Source of the DNA: Flavobacteriales bacterium
GTDB lineage: Bacteria; Bacteroidota; Bacteroidia; JACJYZ01
Assembly: GCA_020635855.1 (NCBI GenBank)
Contig: JACJYZ010000004.1
Coordinates: 238,020-302,019 of the forward strand
Direction: 5' to 3'
Length of the DNA: 64,000 nt
Shown: positions 57,001 to 64,000 of the stretch, one piece after another
How positions within the stretch are numbered: the first letter of the stretch is position 1
How the letters are laid out: the number at the start of each line of letters is the position of its first letter
The notes under the pieces: model-generated
Seen by the model: the letters and a program-made list of their open reading frames with translations, nothing else
Database searches by the model: none
What the model was told of the DNA's origin: nothing
Program-made: the position numbers and the translations under genes

Positions 57001-58185
57001 ATTTACCCGCTGCCGACCCTTAATGTGGGTTCGGATATCGACTTTTGTGAGGGTGATTCCGCTAAGCTGACCGTAACCAACGGTGCATCATATCTATGGA
57101 GTACTGGTGCAACCACGCAATCCATTACGGTAAAAACAACCGGCACATACAGTGTAACGGTTACCGATAACCACAGCTGCAGCAACTCCGCTTCGGTGAA
57201 TGTTACCGTACACCCGAACCCGGTGGCCGATGCCGGTACGGACCAGAAAATCTGCCGTGGAACCAGCACACAACTCACTGCCACGGGAGGAGATCAGTAC
57301 CTGTGGTATCCTTCCGATGTGTTGGATAATGCCAATATTGCCAGCCCAACAGCAACACCCACGAAAGCAATCACCCTTTTTATCGTTACCGTCACAAACT
57401 CAACAACCGGATGCAGCAGCACCGATACCGTGAGCATCACAGCCAATACCCTTACGGGTGCAGATGCCGGACCGAATAAAAGCATTTGCCCGGGAGACAG
57501 TACACAGCTGAATGCATCAGGTGGAGACGTGTATTCCTGGACACCGGTTGCCGGATTGGATGATCCCAACGCCTCAAACCCAAAGGCATCACCTGCAAGC
57601 ACCACCTGGTACTATGTATTGGTAACCAACAGCACCACGGCAGGATGTAAAACCGATTCAGCAAAGATCACCGTGTATCCCACGCCATCCATAGATGCCG
57701 GTTCTACTACAACGGTTATCAAGGGAGACAGCACCCAACTGCAACTGATGGGTGATCTGACTGGAGCCACCATTCTCTGGACACCCTCCACATGGTTGAG
57801 TGCAGTGGACATTGCAGACCCCTGGTCGAAACCAACCGAAACCATTACCTACCATGTTAGCGTAATAAGTGCAAATGGATGTCCGGCATCTGACAGCGTG
57901 ACCATCGAGATCACGATTCCGAAACTTGTGCCGGAGGGAATTTCACCCAACCAGGATGGCAAGAATGACACATGGAAACTTGATTTCGTACAAACCCTTT
58001 ACCCCAATGCAATTGTCGAAGTATACGACAGATGGGGACTCCGTGTCTTCTATTCCAAAGGATACCCCAAAGAATGGGACGGCACTTATGAAGAAAAACC
58101 CCTGCCGAGCGGCACATATTACTATATCATCAATCTTGGAGATGGTTCAGAACCCATGACCGGACCGCTCACCATCATTAGATAG
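54043..58185 (+). CDS. Giant (1380 aa) T9SS type-B cargo: N-terminal SBBP beta-propeller repeats, about 30 tandem Cys-containing Ig-like (SprB-repeat-like) domains, type-B CTD
   Basis: Signal peptide. Repeated ASGNVYVTG...DY.T.KYN..G.QQW units (SBBP). Tandem units with C.GD..QL.A.GG..Y.W.P..GL (about 55420-57910). C-terminus PEGISPNQDGKNDTWKL...YDRWG..VF...WDGT...G.YYY is a type-B CTD. Confidence 0.85.
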   Translation: MLKTMSLFRLLLTLVLSIVFGSVAISQTELKWATRYAGSGAAVDRAADMVIDASGNVYVTGTATGSGSPSSLDYLTVKYNNAGVQQWAKYYNGSGNGLDEARSIAVDASGNVYVTGMSYGSGTDYDIVTIKYNSAGTQQWSARYNTISANLKDEGYDVKVDGSGNVYVTGAAVPFAQTETDVVTIKYNSSGTQQWATTYDGNGNGTGDDGGYALALDASGNVYVTGFSYWNGAQDYNVVTLKYNSSGAQQWASQYNGPGSAYDAGFAITLDGSNNVYVAAQALKDGVINFDITTIKYNNAGTQQWVKQFGGDASDIDKPNDIKVDASNNVYVVGKAIGTGTGEDYATLKYTSAGTLSWSSIYNGSGNGYDEAKMLQIDPNDGTVYVTGYSNNGASSADYVTLKYDNTDGKQLWKVAYNGPDNLSDQAVALAVDNTYNVYVSGYSFGTNTTTKEDYATLKYCQYSSNISGNDTICAGDTTQLSASGGTTYSWSPSTGLSDPNIANPKAFPSVTTTYVLTASNSYNCTDIDSVTIYVNPLPQPTITASGDSSLCQGEQLTLSTQSFASYLWSSGNTTSSIISDTTGTFTVTVVDTNGCTNTSASYSMIVHPLPTVSAGTDTSLCIGDTIQLNASGATNYAWTPSTGLSSTTIANPLAHPVSTIKYYLTGTDSVTTCLSKDTIMVTVNALPVITASNDTSICPGDTAQLHATGGTQYLWTPSGTLDDNTSSDPKAGPAATTTYYLTVTDNNQCSRTENVKVTVYQKPAPVISPAGPIDKCEGESVTLTCNTFPNYLWSNGSTSKSITTDSSGTYNVTVTDSKTCSNTSSNVVVTIHPLPVVDAGMNDTICKGDSIQLNATGADSYSWSPGTGLSSTKISNPKTSPPSTITYTVTGSVMFGSLTCKNTDQVSVKVNNLPTVATSNDTAVCLGESANLNASGGVNFSWSPTGSLDNPNISNPVATPTATTTYTVTVQDTNSCANTGTVKVTIYPLPTLNVGSDIDFCEGDSAKLTVTNGASYLWSTGATTQSITVKTTGTYSVTVTDNHSCSNSASVNVTVHPNPVADAGTDQKICRGTSTQLTATGGDQYLWYPSDVLDNANIASPTATPTKAITLFIVTVTNSTTGCSSTDTVSITANTLTGADAGPNKSICPGDSTQLNASGGDVYSWTPVAGLDDPNASNPKASPASTTWYYVLVTNSTTAGCKTDSAKITVYPTPSIDAGSTTTVIKGDSTQLQLMGDLTGATILWTPSTWLSAVDIADPWSKPTETITYHVSVISANGCPASDSVTIEITIPKLVPEGISPNQDGKNDTWKLDFVQTLYPNAIVEVYDRWGLRVFYSKGYPKEWDGTYEEKPLPSGTYYYIINLGDGSEPMTGPLTIIR

Positions 58186-58197
58186 AGACAGCAAAGT

Positions 58198-59115
58198 ATG
58201 AAGGCACTTAGATATTTGATACCGGCGGTGGTGGCATTTGGTTTGGCCGTCCCGGCTACAGCACAGCAATTGGGAAGCTACACCCAATACATGCTCAATC
58301 CTTACTCCATCAACCCAGGCGCAGCCGGATCCAAAGATTATTACCAACTCAGGCTGCATTACCGCAATCAATGGGTGGGTATCACCGACTCCCCGAAAAC
58401 ATATTCATTAAGCTATTTCGGGAGAAAGCCAAAAAATGAAAGGACCGGCCTGGGTGTAACCGTGTTCAGCGATAAAACAGGCCCCAGCAGCCGAACCGGA
58501 TTTCAAGGCACGTATACCCACCACCTCAAACTGGGTGAGAACCTGAAGCTCGGACTCGGACTCGGACTTGGCATGGTGAACTACAGCATCAACACCGGCG
58601 ATATCTACGTGAAGGACAAGGACGACCTGGTCTTTACCAACGGCAAACTCACAACCACTCAACCCGACGGGTCTTTCGGTGCATACATGTACAGCCAGAA
58701 ATTCTACCTGGGCTTTTCCGTACAACAACTGCTGGCAAGTAAACTCAACTGGGCCTATACCAACAGCAAAATGGCGGGTCACCAATTCATCATGGCCGGT
58801 TATAAGTTCAAGGTGAAGGATAAAATGATTATCGAGCCCTCCGTACTTGTGCGTCACGTGAAGCCGGTACCCATGCAGTTGGATATGGGCATCACCTTCG
58901 ACTACATGGACCGTGTGAAGTTCGGCGCCCAATACAGAACCAAAGATGCGGTTGCCATTATCGTCGGATACAACCTGAAACGCAAATTGTATTTCGGGTA
59001 TTCATACGACATGATCAACTCGGCACTGAAGTCGTATACCTCAGGCACCCATGAGATCATGCTCAGCTATCGGCTGGTTAAGATTGAAGAGGAAGAGTCG
59101 CAAATGACCTATTAG
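58198..59115 (+). CDS. Type IX secretion system membrane protein, PorP/SprF family (cognate of the upstream cargo)
   Basis: AQQLGSYTQYMLNPYSINPGAAG N-terminal hallmark. Starts 13 nt after the cargo stop. Confidence 0.85.
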   Translation: MKALRYLIPAVVAFGLAVPATAQQLGSYTQYMLNPYSINPGAAGSKDYYQLRLHYRNQWVGITDSPKTYSLSYFGRKPKNERTGLGVTVFSDKTGPSSRTGFQGTYTHHLKLGENLKLGLGLGLGMVNYSINTGDIYVKDKDDLVFTNGKLTTTQPDGSFGAYMYSQKFYLGFSVQQLLASKLNWAYTNSKMAGHQFIMAGYKFKVKDKMIIEPSVLVRHVKPVPMQLDMGITFDYMDRVKFGAQYRTKDAVAIIVGYNLKRKLYFGYSYDMINSALKSYTSGTHEIMLSYRLVKIEEEESQMTY

Positions 59116-59116
59116 C

Positions 59117-59150
59117 GAAACAACCTGTTTCAGTTCTATTTTTTCCCGTA
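59117..59150 (+). terminator. Possible intrinsic terminator after PorP/SprF (gaaac-aacct-gtttc hairpin, then T-run)
   Basis: Direct reading. The short 5-bp stem and a 6-nt gap before the T tract make it weak. Confidence 0.3.
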
Positions 59151-59234
59151 ACTTTGCGCTCCTGCAGCGTTTTCTGCAGGGACAACCAAACAGCCTAGTA
59201 CGTGCGTGATCCGCACACCTTATTTCTATAATAC

Positions 59235-61076
59235 ATGAGCAAGAGCCCTGCCACCGAACTTGAAAGGGTTGTCATTCGCTTCGCGGGTGATTCAGGCGAT
59301 GGAATGCAACTCACCGGTTCCCAGTTTTCATTCACCTCTGCGCTGATCGGGAACGACCTGGCCACATTCCCCGACTTTCCAGCGGAAATCCGCGCTCCAC
59401 AGGGAACCGTGGAAGGCGTATCCGGCTTTCAGGTACAGATCGGTAAGGTGGATGTACTCACCCCGGGAGATGAAGCGGATGTACTCGTAGCCATGAACCC
59501 GGCTGCCCTGAAATCAAACCTCAAATGGGTGCGCAAAGGCGGTAACATCATCGTGGATGTAGATGCCTTTGAAACACGCAACATCGAGAAAGCCGGTTTT
59601 AAGGAAAACCCCCTCACCGGTACCCTCCTCAGTGAATATCACGTGATTGAAGCCCCCATCACCACCCTCACCAAAAGCGCCCTGGAAGGAGCCGGTCTCG
59701 ACAACAAGAGCGTGGTAAGATGTAAGAACATGTTTGCCCTGGGCATCATGTACTGGCTGTTCAGCCGGTCCATGGACCAGACCATCCACTTCCTGGAAAC
59801 CAAGTTCAAAAAGAAACCCGAACTCGCCGAAGCCAACGTGAAAGTGCTTCGCGCAGGTTACTATTATGCCGAAACGGTGGAAGCACTCGCCTCCACCTTC
59901 GATGTACCCTCAGCTGAAATCGAACCCGGCATCTACCGGCACATTTCCGGAAATACCGCTACGGCTTGGGGACTGATGGCCGCTGCCGAGAAAATGAACC
60001 GGCAGTTGTTCCTCGGTTCTTACCCTATCACACCCGCTTCGGATATCCTCCATGAATTGGCCAAGCACAAACAACTGAACGTGCTGACCGTGCAGGCCGA
60101 AGACGAAATCGCCGCCGTATGTTCGGCCATCGGAGCCACTTATGCAGGCAGCATCGGCGTAACCACCTCCGCAGGCCCGGGCATCGCCCTGAAAGGCGAA
60201 GCCATCGGTCTGGCAGGTATCACCGAACTGCCCCTGGTAGTTGTGGATGTACAACGCGGTGGCCCTTCTACCGGACTTCCGACCAAAACCGAACAAGCCG
60301 ACCTGAACATGGCCCTTTACGGCCGCAACAGCGACAACCCCATCATTATCGTGGCTCCGTGCACACCATCCGATTGCTTCACTATGGGATATGAAGCCGT
60401 TCGCCTGGCACACGAGCATGCCACACCCGCCATGATCCTGTCCGACGGCTACCTCGCCAACGGATCCGAACCCTGGAAGTTCCCTGCCATGAAAGACCTG
60501 GCAGACATCACTCCCATGGTGGCAAAAGACAACGGAGGCGAATACCTACCCTACCTGCGTGACCCCGAAAAGCTGGCCCGGTACCTGGCATTCCCCGGTA
60601 CACCCGGCATGGAACACCGCATCGGCGGACTCGAAAAACAAGACGTGACCGGTCATGTATCATACGATCCGGAAAACCACGAGAAAATGGTGAAGCTGCG
60701 TTGCGAGAAGGTAGCACGCGTAGCCAATTACATTCCGTTGCAGGAAGTGAGCGGCGCCGACAAGGGCGATGTGCTGGTGGTCGGATGGGGTGGAACATAC
60801 GGCTCCCTCCAAACCGCCGTGGAAAGATTGCAGGCCGCAGGCAAGTCGGTCAGTCATACCCATTTCAGATACATCAACCCGCTTCCACGCAATACCAAAG
60901 AGATACTGGGTGCTTTCAAATCCATCCTGGTATGCGAACTCAACATGGGGCAATTCGCCAATTACCTGCGCACCCTTTTCCCGGAACTTCCGGTGAGAAG
61001 CTATACCAAAATCCAGGGCCTCCCCTTCACCGTTTCCGAAGTACAGGGAGCCATCGAACAAGAGTTATCACGCTAA
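59235..61076 (+). CDS. korA: 2-oxoglutarate/2-oxoacid:ferredoxin oxidoreductase, alpha subunit (fused gamma-alpha type)
   Basis: N-terminal pyruvate/2-oxoacid oxidoreductase gamma-like region (FAGDSGDGMQLTG) followed by an alpha (transketolase-like) domain. Adjacent to the TPP-binding beta subunit. Confidence 0.85.
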   Translation: MSKSPATELERVVIRFAGDSGDGMQLTGSQFSFTSALIGNDLATFPDFPAEIRAPQGTVEGVSGFQVQIGKVDVLTPGDEADVLVAMNPAALKSNLKWVRKGGNIIVDVDAFETRNIEKAGFKENPLTGTLLSEYHVIEAPITTLTKSALEGAGLDNKSVVRCKNMFALGIMYWLFSRSMDQTIHFLETKFKKKPELAEANVKVLRAGYYYAETVEALASTFDVPSAEIEPGIYRHISGNTATAWGLMAAAEKMNRQLFLGSYPITPASDILHELAKHKQLNVLTVQAEDEIAAVCSAIGATYAGSIGVTTSAGPGIALKGEAIGLAGITELPLVVVDVQRGGPSTGLPTKTEQADLNMALYGRNSDNPIIIVAPCTPSDCFTMGYEAVRLAHEHATPAMILSDGYLANGSEPWKFPAMKDLADITPMVAKDNGGEYLPYLRDPEKLARYLAFPGTPGMEHRIGGLEKQDVTGHVSYDPENHEKMVKLRCEKVARVANYIPLQEVSGADKGDVLVVGWGGTYGSLQTAVERLQAAGKSVSHTHFRYINPLPRNTKEILGAFKSILVCELNMGQFANYLRTLFPELPVRSYTKIQGLPFTVSEVQGAIEQELSR

Positions 61077-61086
61077 GCATACATCC

Positions 61087-62118
61087 ATGCCAGACCCGAT
61101 CGTAGATACCCCCGTAACCCTCACCAAGAAGGATTTTGCCAGTGACCAGTTGGTAAGATGGTGCCCCGGTTGCGGCGACTATGCCATCCTATCAGCGGTG
61201 CAGGCCGCCCTGCCCGAACTGGGACAGAAAAAGGAAGATCTCGTTTTCGTTTCAGGTATCGGTTGCTCTTCGCGATTCCCATACTACATGAGCACATATG
61301 GGTTTCACAGCATCCACGGCCGTGCACCCGCCATCGCCATGGGCGTGAAACTCGCCAATCCGGAACTCTCCGTTTGGGAGATCACCGGCGACGGTGATGC
61401 CATGGCCATCGGCGGCAACCATTTCATCCATGCCCTGCGCCGCAACATCGACATCAACATCCTGCTCTTTAACAACGAAATTTACGGTCTCACAAAAGGA
61501 CAGTATAGTCCGACCTCACAAACCGGGCTCGTCACCAAATCAACCCCGTACGGCGCGGTGGAAACGCCTTTTCTTGTTGGTGAATTGGCCCTCGGCGCCA
61601 AAGCGAGCTTCTTTGCCCGCACCATTGACACCAACCCCAAGCTGATGACGAAGATCTTCGTGGAGTCGGCCAGGTTCAAGGGCACTTCGCTCATTGAGAT
61701 CCTGCAAAACTGCGTGATCTTCAACGACAAGGTGCATGGCCTCATCACCAACCGCGAAACAGCCGACGACATGCAGCTGCACCTGGAACATGGACAACCC
61801 ATGATCTTCGGAAAAGACAAGAACAAAGGCATCCGCCTGAACGGACTGAAACTTGAAGTGGTGACCATCGGCGAGAACGGCATCACGGAAAATGATATCC
61901 TTGTACACGACGCGAAAGAAGCCGATCCCACCCTGCACCTGATGCTCGTTCGCATGGCGCCCCCGGTATTCCCGATGGCGCTGGGCATCATACGCGCGGT
62001 GGAAACCACCACTTTCGGAGAACGCCTGCAAATACAGAAAGAAGAAGCCGTGAAGAAAGCGAAGATCCGCAACATGGATGAGCTCCTCAACAGCGGCGAG
62101 ACCTGGGAGATTAAGTAA
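61087..62118 (+). CDS. korB: 2-oxoglutarate/2-oxoacid:ferredoxin oxidoreductase, beta subunit (TPP-binding)
   Basis: WCPGCGDYAIL and TPP motif GDGDAMAIGGNHFIHALRRN. Confidence 0.9.
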   Translation: MPDPIVDTPVTLTKKDFASDQLVRWCPGCGDYAILSAVQAALPELGQKKEDLVFVSGIGCSSRFPYYMSTYGFHSIHGRAPAIAMGVKLANPELSVWEITGDGDAMAIGGNHFIHALRRNIDINILLFNNEIYGLTKGQYSPTSQTGLVTKSTPYGAVETPFLVGELALGAKASFFARTIDTNPKLMTKIFVESARFKGTSLIEILQNCVIFNDKVHGLITNRETADDMQLHLEHGQPMIFGKDKNKGIRLNGLKLEVVTIGENGITENDILVHDAKEADPTLHLMLVRMAPPVFPMALGIIRAVETTTFGERLQIQKEEAVKKAKIRNMDELLNSGETWEIK

Positions 62119-62145
62119 CACACAACGTTACTTTTTTGCATGCCC

Positions 62146-62177
62146 GCGGTGTTTCCGGACACCGCCGAATTTTTTCT
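62146..62177 (+). terminator. Rho-independent terminator downstream of korB (7-bp stem gcggtgt/acaccgc, 6-nt loop, TTTTTT)
   Basis: Direct reading: gcggtgtttccggacaccgccgaattttttc, about 28 nt after the korB stop. Confidence 0.6.
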
Positions 62178-62189
62178 TTACTTGCAGTC

Positions 62190-63560
62190 ATGGACAACCC
62201 CACCCATCAACCCCTTCACTGCGTAGCCATCGTAGGTGGTGCCGTATCCGGCGCAGAAGCAGCTCATCAACTTTCACAACGCGGTATTGAGGTGGTGGTG
62301 TTTGACCAGGCCACACTGCCCTACGGTAAAATCGAAGACGGACTTCCGAAGTGGCATGTGAAGTTGCGCGACAAGGAAGAGGCGGCCATCAACGAAAAGA
62401 TCGGCCACCCCCTGGTGCGCTTCGTGCCCAACACAAGGCTCGGACAAGACATCGGCTTCACAGACCTGGTACAAAACTGGGGCTTCAGCGCCGTGCTGCT
62501 TGCCAACGGCGCCTGGAAAGACCGCCCCCTCCAGATCCCCGGCATCGAACGTTTCGACGGTACCGGTCTCTACTACCAGAACGCACTCAGCCATTGGTTC
62601 AACCACTACCATGAGCCGGGCTACAACGGCAAAACGTTTGAGATCCGCGACAACGCCGTGATCATCGGTGGCGGACTCGCCAGCATCGATATGGCCAAGC
62701 TGGTGATGATGGAACTGGTACAGAAAGCCCTTGCCGAACGTTCCATCAAAACCGATACACTGGAACTGGAACGCGGCATCGACAAGGTGCTGGAAAAACA
62801 TGACCTGAAGTTCGAAGACCTCGGCCTGAAAGGTTGCACCCTCTTCTACAGGAGGCGCAAAATAGACATGCCGCTCACACCCTCTCCTACCGATACCCCG
62901 GAACAACTGGAGAAAGCGCAGTCGGTAAGGGTGAAGGTCCTGGAAAATGCACGCAGCAAGTTTTTCTTTCATTTCAGGGAATGTTGTGTTCCGGTTGGAT
63001 TAACGGAAGACAACGGACACCTCACCGGCATCGTCTTCCGCGAAACAAAACCAGACGGCGACCGCGTGGTGGAGTTAGAAGGATCCGATTTTACTTTCCC
63101 TACCTCACTCGTGATCTCTTCCATCGGCAGCATCCCCGAGCCGATTCCGGGTGTGCCCATGGACGGACAAACCTATCGCATCGCCGACCCGCAGTGCTGC
63201 CGCATCGACGGCTTTGAGCACGTGTTCGCTCTGGGTAATGCGGTCACAGGTCGCGGCAACATCAAGGAATCTTTCCAGCATGGGCGCCAGATCAGCCTGC
63301 GCGTGATGGACGATTTCCTCGCAGGGTCATCCGACGACTACGAAGATGTGTTCCGCATCAAATCCAACCAGGCCAACATCGGTGTGGACCACCTGATCTC
63401 TTTTCTGGATACATCCACCGCCATCTCCCCGGAAGCCTACCAGGCACTTTCCGAAAAGGTGAAAGTCCGCCAGCAAAGTGTAGGCTATCACGGCAACTAC
63501 AACCAATGGGTGGAAGAACACCTGCCTGTACGTTTGGAAAAACTGACGGGGCACGAATAG
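62190..63560 (+). CDS. FAD/NAD(P)-binding oxidoreductase (adrenodoxin-reductase / glutamate-synthase-small-subunit-like), candidate ferredoxin:NAD(P) oxidoreductase
   Basis: VAIVGGAVSGAEAA dinucleotide-binding motif at the N-terminus. Second Rossmann motif IIGGGLASIDMA. Start at ATG 62190 (the ORF-track start 62136 gives an implausible leader). Confidence 0.65.
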   Translation: MDNPTHQPLHCVAIVGGAVSGAEAAHQLSQRGIEVVVFDQATLPYGKIEDGLPKWHVKLRDKEEAAINEKIGHPLVRFVPNTRLGQDIGFTDLVQNWGFSAVLLANGAWKDRPLQIPGIERFDGTGLYYQNALSHWFNHYHEPGYNGKTFEIRDNAVIIGGGLASIDMAKLVMMELVQKALAERSIKTDTLELERGIDKVLEKHDLKFEDLGLKGCTLFYRRRKIDMPLTPSPTDTPEQLEKAQSVRVKVLENARSKFFFHFRECCVPVGLTEDNGHLTGIVFRETKPDGDRVVELEGSDFTFPTSLVISSIGSIPEPIPGVPMDGQTYRIADPQCCRIDGFEHVFALGNAVTGRGNIKESFQHGRQISLRVMDDFLAGSSDDYEDVFRIKSNQANIGVDHLISFLDTSTAISPEAYQALSEKVKVRQQSVGYHGNYNQWVEEHLPVRLEKLTGHE

Positions 63561-63563
63561 ATC

Positions 63564-64000
63564 TCAGCCGGTCAGGTGGCTTTCAGCCCATCCCTTTAAC
63601 ACGTCCGCATCCACTTTGTGCGCCCCCGAAAACCGGTGCAGGCGATAGGGAATCTCATGGGTTTCAAAGAAACGCTGTTGTTGTTCAATGGCACTTTCCG
63701 GAAAGAAGGGATCCTCATCACCCACGAAAAAATGCGGCCGCAGGCGATCCAGCAGCTCCCTGCTTTCCTCCATGGGCAGGTCCGGTGGAAACACACCGGC
63801 CCATAACAGCAGATGGTCGATAGGGCTGGATTGGTTAGCCAGCCAGCGGCAAACCGTTGACGCTCCCTGCGAGAAGCCCAGCGCCACCACTTGTGTATCC
63901 GGCTGCACCTGCGCCATCACATGTGCGTAGATGCTGTTCAACAGATGTACATAGTTGGCAATGTCGGTGAGGCGATCTTCACGCGTCATCCAGGAAGCCA
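63564..64000 (-). CDS. Alpha/beta-hydrolase (phospholipase/carboxylesterase family), 5'-truncated by the window edge
   Basis: GFSQGA nucleophile-elbow motif and C-terminal ...GAHKV... His region. The nucleophile lies too close to the apparent N-terminus, so the gene must continue beyond position 64000. Confidence 0.5.
   Translation of the reverse strand, partial: ASWMTREDRLTDIANYVHLLNSIYAHVMAQVQPDTQVVALGFSQGASTVCRWLANQSSPIDHLLLWAGVFPPDLPMEESRELLDRLRPHFFVGDEDPFFPESAIEQQQRFFETHEIPYRLHRFSGAHKVDADVLKGWAESHLTG

Noticed and set aside
54043-58185. Considered whether the periodic roughly 230-nt units in the giant gene could be a CRISPR-like or non-coding repeat array
   Set aside because: The periodicity is in-frame protein-domain repetition (C.GD..QL.A.GG..Y.W.P units). 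There are no short identical DNA repeats with unique spacers and no cas genes.
63564-63989. Treating the alpha/beta-hydrolase ORF as a complete 141-aa gene
   Set aside because: The catalytic Ser motif lies only about 48 residues from the apparent start, whereas the fold needs about 100 residues upstream. The gene almost certainly continues past the window edge.
1-64000. Searched for tRNA/rRNA genes, CRISPR arrays, integrase/transposase genes and attachment-site direct repeats around the AT-rich island
   Set aside because: No tRNA-like cloverleaf candidates, no regularly spaced repeats, and no recombinase-like ORFs were seen. The island at 10.05-12.2 kb has no flanking direct repeats detectable by eye.

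Overview
This 64-kb window is chromosomal DNA from a Bacteroidetes-type genome (Sphingobacteriia/Chitinophagia-like). I infer that from several observations: GC is about 55%; gliding and T9SS genes are present (gldB, gldC, PorP/SprF, type-A and type-B sorting C-termini); the sequence matches the lineage promoter motif TTG/TAnnTTTG; and many proteins start with a signal peptide containing AQ. Coding density is high and most genes are core metabolism or cell envelope. The recognisable core genes are trpS, kdsB, dprA, sucAB (2-oxoglutarate dehydrogenase E1/E2), nadE, corA, engB, a cysteine desulfurase and korAB (2-oxoglutarate:ferredoxin oxidoreductase). A phenylacetate catabolic cluster sits at 21.3-29.4 kb (paaE divergent from paaABCD-G-H-I-J).

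The observations that look most unusual are:
1. A low-GC four-helix-bundle gene (23S-rRNA-IVS-protein family) is inserted between paaD and paaG. It is flanked by a perfect 31-bp inverted repeat, so it looks like an IVS-like cassette inside an mRNA operon.
2. A single-gene AT-rich island of about 2.2 kb (about 40% GC) at 10.05-12.2 kb encodes an AlbA_2/HATPase_c_4 (Schlafen-like divergent AAA) protein with a low-complexity tail.
3. A tightly overlapping minus-strand operon runs sigma54-activator, PorE-like TPR/beta-propeller/OmpA protein, YfiR-like protein, hybrid histidine kinase, Hpt. A REC-PP2C phosphatase gene converges on its 3' end. Together this looks like a YfiBNR-style envelope sensing module wired to a four-step phosphorelay.
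4. Two divergently arranged T9SS type-B cargo loci (a 1327-aa and a 1380-aa repeat-rich adhesin) are each followed by its own PorP/SprF gene. One is co-oriented with a second PorE-like gene and gldC.
5. A bacterial SET-domain protein is present.

I found no tRNA, rRNA, CRISPR array or transposase in the window.
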